Notes: generated by a model from the letters alone, not told the origin. DNA of 64,000 nt from Octopus vulgaris (GCA_951406725.2 OX597821.1:36642001-36706000); one strand, 5' to 3'; shown: positions 1 through 14,723, counted from the stretch's first letter. Program-made: numbers and translations.

Positions 1-205
1 TTTTTTAAAATTACGCAGAAATAGGATGAAGAAAAATCCAATATCTATACGTGTGCTTGCTGAATGCGTAATTTTGTGAATAAAGCACTTATGATTAAAG
101 ATGTTTATATAAAGGGTACATGTGTTTATATGTGTGTATGTATGTATTTTATGTATATATGTATGTATTTTTAATATATTTATCTCTCTCTCTCTCTCTC
201 TTTCT

Positions 206-276
<71 letters not shown>

Positions 277-295
277 TTACACACACACTCATATA

Positions 296-326
<31 letters not shown>

Positions 327-412
327 TTGTGTATATGTGTGTGTGCGTGTGTGTTTGTGTGTGTGTGTTGTGGGAGGCGTGTCTGTGTGTACGTTTACAC
401 ATACTGTGTACG

Positions 413-686
413 GATCAGTGGCTAGCGTATTCGGCTCACAATTGTAAGGTCGTAAGTTCGATTTCCAGTAGCATATTGTGTCCTGGAGCAAGACACTTTA
501 TTTCACAGGGCTCCAGTTCACTCAGCAGGCAAAAATGAATTGTACTTGTAATTCAACGGGCCAACCTTGTCACATTCAGTTCACGTTAAATCTCTCTGGG
601 AACTACATTAAGGGCACGCGTGTCTCTGGAGTGTCCAGCCACTTTCATGTTCATTTTATGAGTAGGCTCCTCCATTGATTGGATCT
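413..686 (+). mobile_element. tRNA-derived SINE (family C), diverged
   Basis: A-box-like ggatcagtggctagcg and B-box-like gtaagttcgatt, then gtgtcctggagcaagacacttt...ccagttcactcagc, a CORE-like central segment. Confidence 0.6.
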
Positions 687-709
687 GTGCCAGTTTAGTT
701 TTATATATG

Positions 710-754
<45 letters not shown>

Positions 755-756
<2 letters not shown>

Positions 757-1034
757 AGGCACATAGCCTAGTGTTCGAGGAATCGCGGGTTCGAATCTCA
801 GGCCGGGCGATGTGTGTGTTTATGAGCGAAACACTTAAGCTCCACGCGGCTCCGGAAGAAGGTAATGGTGAACTTCTGCTGACTCTTTCGCCACAACTTT
901 CTCTCACTCTTTCCTCCTGCATCTTGCAGCTCACCTGCGACAGGCCGGTGTCCCGTCCAGGTGGGGAACCTATAGGCCAAGGAAACCGGGAAACCGGCCC
1001 TTATGAGCCATGCATGGCTCGAGAAGGAACAAAC
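755..1034 (+). mobile_element. tRNA-derived SINE (family D) with V-domain-like body
   Basis: Head ...gcgggttcgaatctc; body cctgcgacaggccggtgtcccgtccaggtg resembles the V-SINE domain; shares taagctccacg and ccacaactttctctcactcttt with 59495-59703. Confidence 0.65.
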
Positions 1035-1082
1035 GAAATACACACACACACACACACACGCACACACACACACACACACACC

Positions 1083-1718
1083 TGGTGTTCAAAAAGTTTC
1101 GTCGCAGTGAATTCAACCTAGGAAATGCTCACACGGCAGTAAAACAAATATATATTTTAAGTATTGAAAATGAAGGACAACACTTTCAACACCACTTGTA
1201 AAGCCTAATATATTTTTTTGTAGTCTTATACCATCTTATAAATATTTATCTTGCAATAAATACTTACTGCAGAGAGACTTTGGATCTTTTCGGTTTGAAC
1301 GGCAATTTTTAACATAATTTCTAGGTAACTAAAAATTTTAAACTTCGTATACTTGTAGAACGTGTTTATAAAACATCTTTTTCTCTGGGCTTTATTGAGA
1401 AAATTCTATAGTTTGTAAGATATTTGTTGTTGTTTTCTTCAATTTCTGCAATTTCAACCAATCAATGGTGTCCATTGAGGTAAAAAAAAAAACATTCTGT
1501 GCTGTATGAATATGTCCCGCTTTTAAGAAACAGATTGGGTTTATTTACATTTGTGAAAAAAAAAAGTTACCCTTCCCCCCACCTAACCCTAACCCTAAAA
1601 CAGATTGAAATGCAATAGATCGATACTAGGGTCATAATTATGGGTGACAATTCCATATGACACCGCTAGAAAAAACTGCCGTTCAAACCAAATAGATCCG
1701 AGACTTTTTGAACACCCT
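1083..1718. mobile_element. Tc1/mariner-like MITE (outer), interrupted in its right TIR
   Basis: Left ggtgttcaaaaagtttcgtcgcagt matches the reverse complement of the reconstructed right end actgcagagagactttttgaacaccc, which is followed by TA. Confidence 0.65.
1282..1699. mobile_element. MITE with GG-terminal TIRs and 8-bp TSD (Merlin-like or hAT-like)
   Basis: TIRs ggatcttttcggtttgaacggcaattttt / aaaaactgccgttcaaaccaaatagatcc; exact TSD GAGACTTT at 1274-1281 and 1700-1707. Confidence 0.85.
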
Positions 1719-1742
1719 ATATATGTGTGAGTGAGTGAGTGT

Positions 1743-1783
<41 letters not shown>

Positions 1784-2306
1784 TGTGTCTATTGTGCATG
1801 TAAATTTGTCTATACATGTGTATATGTGCGCACATGCACGTATGTGGTGTATAGTTTTGCACGACTATATTTGTGTAGTAAAAATGTTCACCTCGCCATT
1901 CGTTGTTCTCATATTCGATTCTGTTGCATAGTGATAACTTGAGCAAGTACTTTCTGTTGTTTCCGCGGAAGGACAAACGCATCGTATGTAGAACATAGAA
2001 TATATACACTTTGCATAGGCCTCTGTACACACATACACACACACAGACTCACACCTACGTTGGTCTAATAAACTCCAAAGCGAAGTTGAGTTTGGTCGTG
2101 GTGCCGTGAAGTTTTTACCTTCAGAAACTCACCAGGCTTGTATTATCCTCTTGACGATTCTCACTACTGCTCAAATAACATTGCTTGACTATGTGTTCTA
2201 TTTTCTACGAGTTAGTATGTGAATTACGAAAATGATTACATGAATATCTCTATAGAAATGTTGAGAGAAATATACTAAGTTTTGTATTAGTTTTTCATTT
2301 ATTGCC

Positions 2307-2925
2307 TTCTTCTTTTTCTTCTTCTTCTTCTTCTTCTTCTTCTTCTTCTTCTTCTTCTTCTTCTTCTTCTTCTTCTTCTTCTTCTTGTCCCTTGACCAAG
2401 AGGTCGTTGGGGTATTCATCGATTACGCCGCAACCAGATTTCATCACTTCTCTCGATCTTCTCCCGCCCTCAGTGAGTCACCAGAATTTAAGTCTGTCCG
2501 CTCTTTGATGTTAACCCGGGCGACGACCTACCCAGTACGGGTTCCGATCTGATTGTCATCATAGTGAATATACCATGTGCAAGTTAGCTTTACGGCGCTA
2601 ATTCCTCTCCAAGCTGTCAGCCACAACCGTATTCTTCTACCTGAGGTACGCCTTGATCCGAAACACTAGGCCGTTGACCTAAACAGGTGTCTCTGCCTTA
2701 GCTGGAAACTCCTTAGGAAAACTTAAGCGGAATCTTTCGACTACTGGTACAGTGTTAACAGCACCCACCTCACTTGTTTGCAGTCCACCATCTGAAGTGG
2801 TGTACAGGGGTGTGATGCTAGGAACCATCAAATTAGGAATTAGGAGTTGAATGAAGACCAGTGATGCCTGTCCGCTTGACCATCTCTGGCAAGGTGCAGC
2901 TGTCAGGTACAAAAGGTACTACCTG
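2307..2925 (-). mobile_element. Internally deleted RTE-type LINE derivative with (GAA)n tail
   Basis: Minus strand about 2515-2385 reads NIKERTDLNSGDSLRAGEDREK then ...ccccaacgacc...aaggga, like an RTE ORF C-terminus, followed by a (GAA)n tail; the upstream part is non-coding and 5'UTR-like (inference). Confidence 0.55.
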
Positions 2926-3310
2926 TATCTTTCTGTGCGTGTGTATGTGTGTGTATGTGTGTGAGTATGTGTGTGTGCGTGCGTGTGTGCATGAGTGCGT
3001 GTATGTGTGTATGCGTGTGTGTGTAAGTGTGTTTGATACACACACCATACACTAATATGAACTTCATAATAGGTGAAAACTTACTGGTTTCAGTTCAAGA
3101 GAAAGAAAGCCTTAGATATGCTAAATAATACAGGAAGCATTGGTTTATAAGCGGAAGCAGCTAAAACCTACAACAAAATCTTGCTTTTAAAAATATCATA
3201 CCCCTTATGGTGCCATTACTAAAGCATCATCATCGCTTCTGTCTAGGACGGTCATCCAAAATACCTATTAATGATTTTACCAAGGGGTCAGCGCAGAAAT
3301 AAAAACCTTA

Positions 3311-3610
3311 TACTCTTTACTTGTTTCAGTATTCTTTGTAAGCCCAGTATTTATTCTATCGGTCTCTTTTGCCGAACCGCTAAGTGACAGGGACATAAAC
3401 ACACCAGCGTCGGTTGTCAAGCGATGTTGGGGGGACAAACACAGACACACAAACATACACGCACACACATATATATATATATACTACGGGCTTCTTACCA
3501 AATCCACTCACAAGGCTTTGGTCGGCCCGAGGCTATAGTAGAAGTGGGACTGAACCCGGAACCATGTGGTTGGTAAACAAGCTACTTACCACACAGCCAC
3601 TCCTGCGCCT
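3311..3610 (-). mobile_element. tRNA-SINE family A, internally deleted
   Basis: Reverse complement of aggcgcaggagtggctgtgtggtaagtagcttg...gggttcagtcccact head and ...gaaacaagtaaagagta tail. Confidence 0.85.
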
Positions 3611-4300
3611 GGTAAATTTTTAGAAATATTTTAATAGTTATATACATAATGATAACAAGGGATTGGCTATAAGCCTCACCACGCGCAAAACAACGAGAAC
3701 CGAGCCATGAATTACTTTTTATATTTTGAAAACTTCAGAAAAAAAGAAATGAGGATAACTTAACAGAGTTTTTGGAAAACGTTGGCAATCAAATAAAGAT
3801 TTATAAAATACATCAGAATATTTCCACGTGAACTCCATTGGTAGCAAGCAATACATAGTATAAATGGTGGTAGTTGTAAAGATAATTTATGAACACGCTG
3901 TATATTAAACACTATACTATTTGCATCCAACTGTGAGAGGCCGCGTTAAATCTCACGCCTGCTGGAAGGCCTTAAGAATGAAAACGTACATCAACGACAC
4001 TAAAATGTTATGTATTTGTTTTTAGTTTCAGCTCAAAGCTGTGGCCATGCTGGGGCACGACCGTTTTGCTACACTGTTATTATTGAGAGCCTCCTCTAAT
4101 ATGTGGCATTTAGTGAATAAGGAAGTTTGATGTTACTACCCTCGCTTGCACCTCTTCCCGCTAGGTAGGTTCATCTGGGACTCTCGACAGGAAGGAGTCC
4201 AGTTTTGATTTGAAAACACCTACATCCACTTTGTGTAGGTCACTCGGGCTGTTTGGGAGAATATTAAAAAATGGTGGTCCTCTGAAACCCAGGCTGTTTT

Positions 4301-4393
<93 letters not shown>

Positions 4394-4496
4394 GAGAGTG
4401 AGAAAGAAGTGGAATACGATTCAACAGCTGTTTAATGACCATTACATGAACGAGTTCTATTTTGTACTCTAATACGGTCTTTACGGAATACACCTC

Positions 4497-4562
<66 letters not shown>

Positions 4563-4565
4563 AGT

Positions 4566-4646
<81 letters not shown>

Positions 4647-4649
4647 CAT

Positions 4650-4790
<141 letters not shown>

Positions 4791-5649
4791 CAAAGTACGT
4801 ATGAAAAACACTAATGTTAGAAATAACAGCTAGAACAAACCATAAGTAATTATTTCTATATAAATATTGATAACATTCTTTTAAGAGGATGTGTTATCAT
4901 CCATCTATCAGGATTAAGATGTACCATTGCTATTGCCATTGGCACTCTTGTTAAATTATGCGTTTGAATGAGTGTCAATATATATGCAAATACGACAGAA
5001 TGAGTGCTTGAAGAAAGTGAGAACCTGACAATGCGTATATGTGTATAGGAGCTAGTGTTTTGAATACCTGAGAATGTCCTAAATGCATTTCAATGTACGT
5101 GTAGGGCGAGTACGCAAGCACCTTTGTATCTGTCTTGTTGTATATGTCGGAGTGAGCTTTATCAAGTATTTTTGTCTGCGTACTGGTAAATTTGTGCTGA
5201 GGTATATGAAATATGCTTGTAGTTGCGTGTTCAGATCTGTGTGTGTAGTGGGTATTGTATGTGTATGTGTGTGTGAATATTATTCTTAATACCCTGAATC
5301 ACTGATTTATGTTTAGAATAGGTAACCGACGATAAGATATCTATTGGCTATTTATTTTAATAAAACAAAATCCACATCCATGCAAAAGCACAGGCAAACA
5401 CATATGTATATGTATATACACAAGCATACACTCACGAACATTTTAGTAGATACATGCAATGGGTCACACGTAAACACATCTGCACAAGGAGATACAGATA
5501 TACATACAAACATATATACGTACATACATGCATACATACAAGCATACGAAACATACATAACATGCATATAGATAGACTGGGATTCTTATACAGCTACATA
5601 TACCTATATATGTATGAATTTATGCTTACATACATATATATGTACATAC

Positions 5650-5756
<107 letters not shown>

Positions 5757-5955
5757 GAGAGAGAGAGAAAAATATGTGTATGAATACAAATGCATGCATA
5801 ACATAGTAAGACATATTGTATTATGTACACGAGTGTGTGTATATATGATATATATATGTGTGTTTGTGTGCGTGTGTGTGTAAGTATATTTCATACAAAA
5901 ATCTATATGCACATATTATTGTGGATTATTCTATCATATATATAATATTCATATG

Positions 5956-5989
<34 letters not shown>

Positions 5990-6238
5990 ATTTTGCTATG
6001 TATACATAATGTGTATATATAAGTGTACGTATGTGTGTCTTTGTAAATACATATGCATGCATGCATACATACATAAGTACGTACACGTATGCATATATAC
6101 ATATGTATGTATATAGATACTCTTATATGTGTGTATATGTATATATATATCTATATATGTATATCTATATATATATATCTATATATATATATCTATATAT
6201 ATATATCTATATATATCTATATATGCATATATATATGC

Positions 6239-6288
<50 letters not shown>

Positions 6289-6510
6289 GAGTATGCACGC
6301 AGCTTTTCGCTGCTAGCATTGTTTATAAAGTTGTGATAAAGACACTTGATATAAGATAACTGATAATGAGTTATTATTTCCATTTGTTATTTTTTTCAAT
6401 AATGGATAATAATGAAAATAATAATGTTTTAGCCACGGGAATAGTAGAAACTAATGTATACGTACAAATGAAAAAAAAAAAACGTACGAAGTATTTTTTG
6501 GTGAACACCG

Positions 6511-6548
<38 letters not shown>

Positions 6549-6564
6549 ACACACACACATACAC

Positions 6565-6606
<42 letters not shown>

Positions 6607-6796
6607 GATACACACACACATGCACACACACACACACACACATGCACACACACACACACACATATATATATTCAAATATACGTTCGTGAGTATATGTGTA
6701 TATATATAAGAAAAAACTGTATTTTCATTCTTGTCATTGACTTTATTATTATTGTTGTTGTTCTTGTTCTTGTTCTTGTTCTTGTTACTATCATCA

Positions 6797-6883
<87 letters not shown>

Positions 6884-6884
<1 letters not shown>

Positions 6885-7097
6885 GGTGGCGAGCTGGCAG
6901 AACTGTTAGCGCGCTGGACGAAATGCTTAGCAGTATTTCACCTATCGCTACGTTCTGAATTCAAATTCCGCCAAGGTCGACCTTGCTTTTCCTCTTTTCG
7001 GGTTCGATAAAATAAGTACCAGTTGAACACTGGGGTCAATGTAATCGACTCATATCCTCTCCCAAAATGGCTGCCCTTGTGGCAAAATTTGAAGCCA
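6884..7097 (+). mobile_element. tRNA-SINE family B
   Basis: aaggtggcgagctggcagaa...ttcaaattccgccaaggtcgac...gataaaataagtaccagtt; inserted in an (ATT)n tract; a degenerate copy follows at about 7140-7340. Confidence 0.85.
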
Positions 7098-7383
7098 TTA
7101 TTATTATTATTATTATCATCAACAACAACATTAACAATGGTAGCGATTTAGCAGAAACATAAGAGCGTAGGGAAAATAGTTTTACCCTATTTCTTCCGAT
7201 TCTTTACAACCTGTGTTCAAATCCCGTTCAGGTCAACTTTGACTTTCATCCTTTCATGATCGATAATGTACGGTACCTGTCAAGCACTAGTGATCGATGG
7301 TATTGACTACCGTCGTTACCTCATAATTCCTCGCCTCGCCTCGTGTCTAAATTCGAAACCGTTATTCTTACCAGCATCGTCAT

Positions 7384-7488
<105 letters not shown>

Positions 7489-7731
7489 GCTTTTAGAATA
7501 GGATGGTTACATTGTCAAAGCTGCAGCAGCAAAAGCTCCAGTCTGATGCCGGTAAGAATAATAATGATCGCTTTATTTTGCCTCAAGGATAACGTAAATA
7601 TAAACATTAGGCTACCATAACAAAAGACAGAACATTTTTTATATACATATACATACTTAAATACATAATACATACACACATATATATATACATACATATA
7701 TACATACATATATACATATATATATACATAA

Positions 7732-7762
<31 letters not shown>

Positions 7763-7767
7763 TACAT

Positions 7768-7815
<48 letters not shown>

Positions 7816-8141
7816 CCCAAAAGTAAATACCAAATTTCCCACTACCGTGTATGTGTATATGCAAGCAAATATATATGTCTATACAAATATAAATATATTT
7901 TTTTCAATACATAAAGATACGGAAACGTACATACGCAGTGACATACACGAACATGCGTTGGCGGGCAACAAGCGTAGACACACACATACATACATATACA
8001 CACACAGTATATACATCATAAAATACATACATTTAAAGAAACACTTAGTGCCACGCATACATATATACATATATATTCACACAAACATAAACATACATAA
8101 ATACATACATACTTACATACATACATACATAATACATACAT

Positions 8142-8183
<42 letters not shown>

Positions 8184-8236
8184 GCATATATATGTATATG
8201 TATATATATGCATATATATATGTATACGTATATACA

Positions 8237-8282
<46 letters not shown>

Positions 8283-8855
8283 TATGTATATTTGTGTATC
8301 TTTGTTACTCACGCAGTACATATGATAATATATAAATATTATTTAAAAATATAACGTGCAATAACAAATACGACAGTATTCACCAAAAATCATTCGCCAA
8401 GTAAATAATAATATTAAGGGACTATGGTCACAATAGTACAATACGACAAAGGAAAAATAACATAGACAAATAAGCTCTTCTCAATACAAATATATTTTGA
8501 TAGATAGCAACAATAACAAAAAAGAATACAGCTGTAATAATGAGCGAAGGGGAAGAAATGGAATAAATAAAGTTTGACTAAAAAATACAAGAAGTGCAAT
8601 GCTGGTTGATAAAGATTGCCTAAAAACACCTTATGTTTTTTGATAACAAATCTGAAATGAATGATAACACTCATTTTAACAAAGAGCATTTAGCAATGCC
8701 AAAGCGTTAGGGTGTGTGAGTGTGTGAGTATGCGTAACTACGTGTGCCAGTGTGCATGAGTGAGAGCGCCCGTATATTTGCGTCTCTCAGCATGTATTTG
8801 AAATGATATATTTGTTGAACTCCTGATGATATTTGGCCGACAATGGGTGCGGGAT

Positions 8856-8901
<46 letters not shown>

Positions 8902-8905
<4 letters not shown>

Positions 8906-9068
8906 CGCAGGAGTGGCTGTGTGGTAAGTAGCTTGCTTACCAACCACATGGTTCCGGGTTCAGTCCCACTGCGTGGCACCTTGGGCAAGTGTCTTCTACT
9001 ATAGCCTCAGGCCGACCAGAGCCTTGTGAGTGGATTTGGTAGAAGGAAACTGAAAGAAGCCCGTTGTA

Positions 9069-9137
<69 letters not shown>

Positions 9138-9359
9138 TGTGTGTGTTTGTGTGTCTGTGTTTGTCCCCCTAGCATTGCTTGACAACCGATGTGTTTATGT
9201 CCCCGTTACTTAGCGGTTCGGCAAAAGAGACCGATAGAATAAGTAATGGGCTTACAAAAGAATAAGTCCCGGGGTCGAGTTGCTCGATTAAAGGCGGTGC
9301 TCCAGCAGGAGCCGCATTCAACTGACTGAAACAAGTAAAAGAGTAAAGAGAAAAGAGTA
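8902..9359 (+). mobile_element. tRNA-SINE family A, near full length
   Basis: taggcgcaggagtggctgtgtggtaag (A box), ccgggttcagtccc (B box), internal (TA)n/(TG)n, tail gactgaaacaagtaaaagagtaaa. Confidence 0.9.
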
Positions 9360-9404
9360 ATATATACACACACACATACACATATATTTGTATGTATATA
9401 CATT

Positions 9405-9600
9405 TTCTTAACTCTTGTTTCAGTCGTTAGACTGTAGCCATGCTGGGGCACCGCCTTGGAAAATTTTTAGGTGAGTGCATTGACCGCAGTGCTTTTTTGA
9501 AAAAAAAATGTCTACTACTTATTCCAATTTCTCTTTTGCCGAACTGCCAAGTTACAGATGCGTAAACAAACCAACACCCATTGCGCGCAGTGAAAAGAAC
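9405..9600 (-). mobile_element. SINE family A 3' half
   Basis: cttgtttcagtc...gccatgctggggcaccgcc...ctcttttgccgaac is the reverse complement of the family A 3' part. Confidence 0.7.
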
Positions 9601-9621
9601 AAGCACATACACACACACATA

Positions 9622-9652
<31 letters not shown>

Positions 9653-9661
9653 CGCTGGAAT

Positions 9662-9830
9662 CTACAAGTGTTTTCATTCTCTGTATATTTTCTCTTATTC
9701 CTTTCTATTGAAGAGCATAGGCTCGAAACGTAAAAGACTTTTTCATTTTCCCTAGCGTCGAACTAAAATACTTGATTGTTGTTCATACACCTGTCTTCGT
9801 CTTTTATTTCTCTATGACTTTCAACTATAT
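9662..9830 (+). mobile_element. Repeat fragment, probable Penelope-like terminal repeat
   Basis: gaagagcataggctcgaaacgtaaaagacttttt...acacctgtcttcgtctttt recurs at 39545-39720; both copies end in (TA)n. Confidence 0.5.
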
Positions 9831-10299
9831 ATATATATATGAAACTTGACTGGTGAGAGACGACTGCGAATGCCCGTCCTTGTTTTTTTCCTGTCCGTCT
9901 TTCTATCGTCTATCTGTCCAGATGTTTTGTTGTGCTCTGTTGCGGTCTTGTTCCATTTTGGGGTTTTATACATACATATAGCGGCGTACATACACTTTTG
10001 CTCACCTTGTAAGTATGTATCTAAATTCTGTACGACTCTTTTACTCTTTCTTTTAGTTACCCTCATACTTTCGTCTTTCTTTCCTCTTTTCTTTTTCTCG
10101 CTCCCCCTCTCTCACATTTTTGGCCTTCTCTTTCTTTAATCTTCCTACTTCACCTCCTCGTTTATCGCCCTTTGTAGATTTTCAAGCATGTGTTTGTTAT
10201 AACAAGCAGTCTCTAAATTACTATCTGTCTGTCTGATAGCCTGAACCTGTGGACGAGCTTCATAGAGTAAACGCCAGGGTTAACATCCAATAGAAATTA

Positions 10300-10360
<61 letters not shown>

Positions 10361-10399
10361 CGGGAAGCTTTATATATATATATATATAACGGGAAGCTT

Positions 10400-10437
<38 letters not shown>

Positions 10438-10565
10438 CTTTACAAAATAAGGGCAAAAGAAAAATTCTAATGCCAAATATGCCGAAAAAAAGACAAAATT
10501 GTCAATAACTATTATAATTTATGCGTCTCGAAACAAACCGATAGAAATTTCTAAAACATCCGTTA

Positions 10566-10626
10566 TTACCGTATTGGTCCCAATTTCGGGGTTAATTCAT
10601 AAGAATTTTTCCCTCTTCAGCGATAA
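10566..10626 (-). ncRNA. Type I hammerhead ribozyme fold
   Basis: Minus strand: ttatcg CUGAAGA GGG..CCC GAAA UUG(GGAC)CAA UA cggtaa; 6-bp stem I, intact core, AUA cleavage triplet. Confidence 0.75.
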
Positions 10627-10885
10627 ATACGTGAGATGAAATATTTACTCATACCCATGGAAAAAGCAAGCACTAAGTCCTGAGTAGACCTAAGTACCCG
10701 AAATATATCCAAAATAGAAAATCTTCGGCACATCTCGAGGCACGTGTGATTCGAACTAGAAACTTTCACAGAGTGAGAGAATCCGGAAGTGAACACTATT
10801 AAATTTATAACTAATGTAGAATAAAATTTTTTCCGAGAAAAAAATTTTATCCTACATTAGTTATATATATATATATATATATACT

Positions 10886-11050
10886 ATTTTATTTGTTTCA
10901 GTCATTTGACTGTGGCCATAATGGAGCACCGGTTAGTAATTATTTTACCGGTCTCTTTTGCCGAACCGCTAAGTTACGGGGACGTAAACACACCAGGATC
11001 GATTGTCAAGCGATGTTAGGGGGACAAACACAGACACACAAACATACACA
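10886..11050 (-). mobile_element. SINE family A partial
   Basis: ttgtttcagtcatttgactgtggccat...ctcttttgccgaaccgctaagttacggggacgtaaacac. Confidence 0.75.
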
Positions 11051-11093
11051 CATATACATATATATATATATATATATAATAATAAAAAAATAA

Positions 11094-11131
<38 letters not shown>

Positions 11132-11440
11132 TGGCCACTCAAAATTACTTCATATTTTTCTTAAGTCATTCTTTCTTCATTTATGCAAGTTTACTTGGCC
11201 TGCACCTCTGTGAACGTTTAAATACCTCATCCACTGAAGGTTGTTGATGTCGCCTACTGCGGTGGAAACATGAATACAGAGCTCTTCTCTTGTCTTCAAA
11301 CAATTAAATTGTACTTTCCTTACTGACATATAAGCTTGGGAGAAATTCTTCATTCTTGATATTATTTTCACTTCTTATTTAGAGTTTGTATCATCTGTAT
11401 CTAGCGATTGATCTATACTATTTGGTATGTGTATATATAC

Positions 11441-11645
11441 AGACGTGGCTGAGGTGAGTAGCTTGCTTACGAACCACATGGGTCCGGGTTCAGTCCCACT
11501 GCGTGGCACCTTGGGAAAGTGTCTTCTACTATAGACTCGGGGAGACCAAAGCCTTGTAAGTGAATTTGGTAGACGGAAACTGAAGGAACCCCGTCGTATA
11601 TATGTGTATATATGTATATGTTTATGTGTCTGTATTTGTCCCCCC
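11441..11645 (+). mobile_element. SINE family A 5' half
   Basis: gtggctgaggtgagtagcttgcttacgaaccacatgggtccgggttcagtcccactgcg. Confidence 0.8.
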
Positions 11646-11709
11646 GATAAAGGGCTCACACTGCCCTTTTCTGAAGCCTGGCCGGAATGAAACCGCCGAT
11701 TTCTCTTAC

Positions 11710-11769
<60 letters not shown>

Positions 11770-11779
11770 ATAGAATAGA

Positions 11780-12488
<709 letters not shown>

Positions 12489-13041
12489 TTGTGTTCTATT
12501 TTGGAGGACCAATTTCGATTCTCCATCTATTTAATAGTTAAAACTTAATTCCGATCTACTTTTAAAATCTTTCGGAATGCTGTTACAGATTTCGGAGCGC
12601 AGATCAATGTTTCAACTAGAGATCAGTGAATCTATTAATTCCAGGAGCTTTCCGATTCTATGCAGTTTTTATTGCCGGCGTGAATACACCTTTAATTATG
12701 TCTGAGCAGGTTTACGGTACTTATTTTTTTTCTTTTTATCTTATTTAGTTTTCTTTGCTAATATGTTTATTGTTGTCATCAACTGCGAAGAACACCTTAG
12801 CAAGCAGACAAGCTGACTACTATTCTGTAACAATTTAGAAAATTCTGGCTTTATGCACACACAAACATGCTTACACTCACACAGCAGCGACACACATCTA
12901 TATGTACTACCTGTTGTTACACTTCAAACAACTCAACAAACAAGCAAAAAATGAGAAGGGTCCGCATAAAGTGTGAAAACAACCTGGTTATTAGCAAATA
13001 TATACATACATAAAGAATACATGAAAGGGGGATGCGGCGTC

Positions 13042-13323
13042 AAGAAGAAGAAGAAGAAGAAGAAGAAGAAGAAGAAGAAGAAGAAGAAGAAGAAGAAGAA
13101 GAAGAAGAAGAAGAAGAAGAAGAAGAAGAAGAAGAAGAAGAAGAAGAAGAAGAAGAAGAAGAAGAAGAAGAAGAAGAAGAAGAAGAAGAAGAAGAGAAGA
13201 AGAAGAAGAAGAAGAAGAAGAAGAAGAAGAAGAAGAAGAAGAAGAAGAAGAAGAAGAAGAAGAAGAAGAAGAAGAAGAAGAAGAAGAAGAAGAAGAAGAA
13301 GAAGAAGAAGAAGAAGAAGAAGA
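13042..13323. repeat. (AAG)n microsatellite
   Basis: About 280 bp with one phase shift near 13195. Confidence 0.95.
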
Positions 13324-14519
13324 ATGGCGAGAGAAAGAACAAGAAGAGCAAGATATATTTCAAAGGAGGTCAGATTGTTCTTCTTGATTTCTTTATACTT
13401 ACTGTCTGTATGGAGAAATGGAGAAGACAGCCTGTTCCTGTTTTATTGTCTATATGGGGAGAAAGAGGGAGAGAGAGGTGGGAGGTAAAGAGTACAGAAC
13501 CTAATAAGGCGGGTTGGTCAAGGCTAGAATGCCTTTGATCGTAGGTGTGCTGAGTGGGTTGGGGAGAGATACCGTTACCCCTTAGCTATCTAGAAATGGT
13601 GGGAACCAACGCTGAATTTTGAATTTGGTAAAGAAAAACATTGCCTGTTTGGGTGTATTACAGCTTCTTTTTCTTGGTGCAGAGTCGCTTCTGATGAAAC
13701 ACACGCAAGGTATGATTACATTAACCAATGTTTTAAGACTGTAGGATTTGATATGACTTAGTCAGGAGGGAAGGGGAGTGCCCACGATATGCTACAAGAC
13801 CAGCAAAACTGGAAGATAGGTGAGCAGGAAGGGGTTTAAATATTCTCAAACCGAATACTTGTCCGAATGTGGAAACTATGTTCATCTCGACAAAAAGAAT
13901 TTCAAAACCCCCCATTATACATGTCAATTCTTAAGTAACCGCGCGAATTAATTAAGATTACTATTTGAGATTATTAAGCATGATGGTGATTTAATGCCTA
14001 GCACTGCAGCTTCATTGACAGTCAATGTGTAGAATTGTTTACCAGTTCTACAACATTGGGGAAATGAAATATTGATATTCCTGTTCATAGGTAAAAGTAA
14101 AAGTGTCACATCAAACTATGGCAACTTTAGTTTCTCTGTATCAAATTTTATATAAAGCTTTTGCTCGTCTCGATACTATGGTACGAACTCAAATGATATT
14201 AGATACAAATCACTAGATTATCGTACTATGCAGAAGACTCGAACACGCAGGACCGTAGGCATTAAGCAATCAAGTGTTTACCTTTGCTTTCAGGTACTTG
14301 CAAAACCACGCTAATGCATTATAAAAATGTTTTGATTAGTTATCACCTCTTCCAGGAGAAAGATGCCAACGAGTCTACAGAAAAGGTAGCCATTACTATA
14401 GCCAATTCTGGGAACAAGTGTAGACAGTATATAGGAAATTTATGGTAGATAAATGCACACACGCACACACCGGTGTGTGTGTGTGTGTGATATAATTTGC
14501 TGTCTATAATATATTATTA

Positions 14520-14585
<66 letters not shown>

Positions 14586-14598
14586 GTGTGTGGTGTGT

Positions 14599-14723
<125 letters not shown>

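Noticed and set aside
1582-1598. Telomere or interstitial telomeric array
   Set aside because: Fewer than three units and internal to a MITE
3955-3995. ctgctggaaggcc...gaaaacgtacatc hammerhead-like order
   Set aside because: Core and stems are too degenerate to support a call
8902-8975. tRNA-like sequences here and at other SINE heads
   Set aside because: A and B boxes continue into SINE bodies; no complete cloverleaf seen
10357-10402. Duplicated ataacgggaagctttat within (TA)n
   Set aside because: Short local duplication in an unstable tract, possibly slippage or assembly noise
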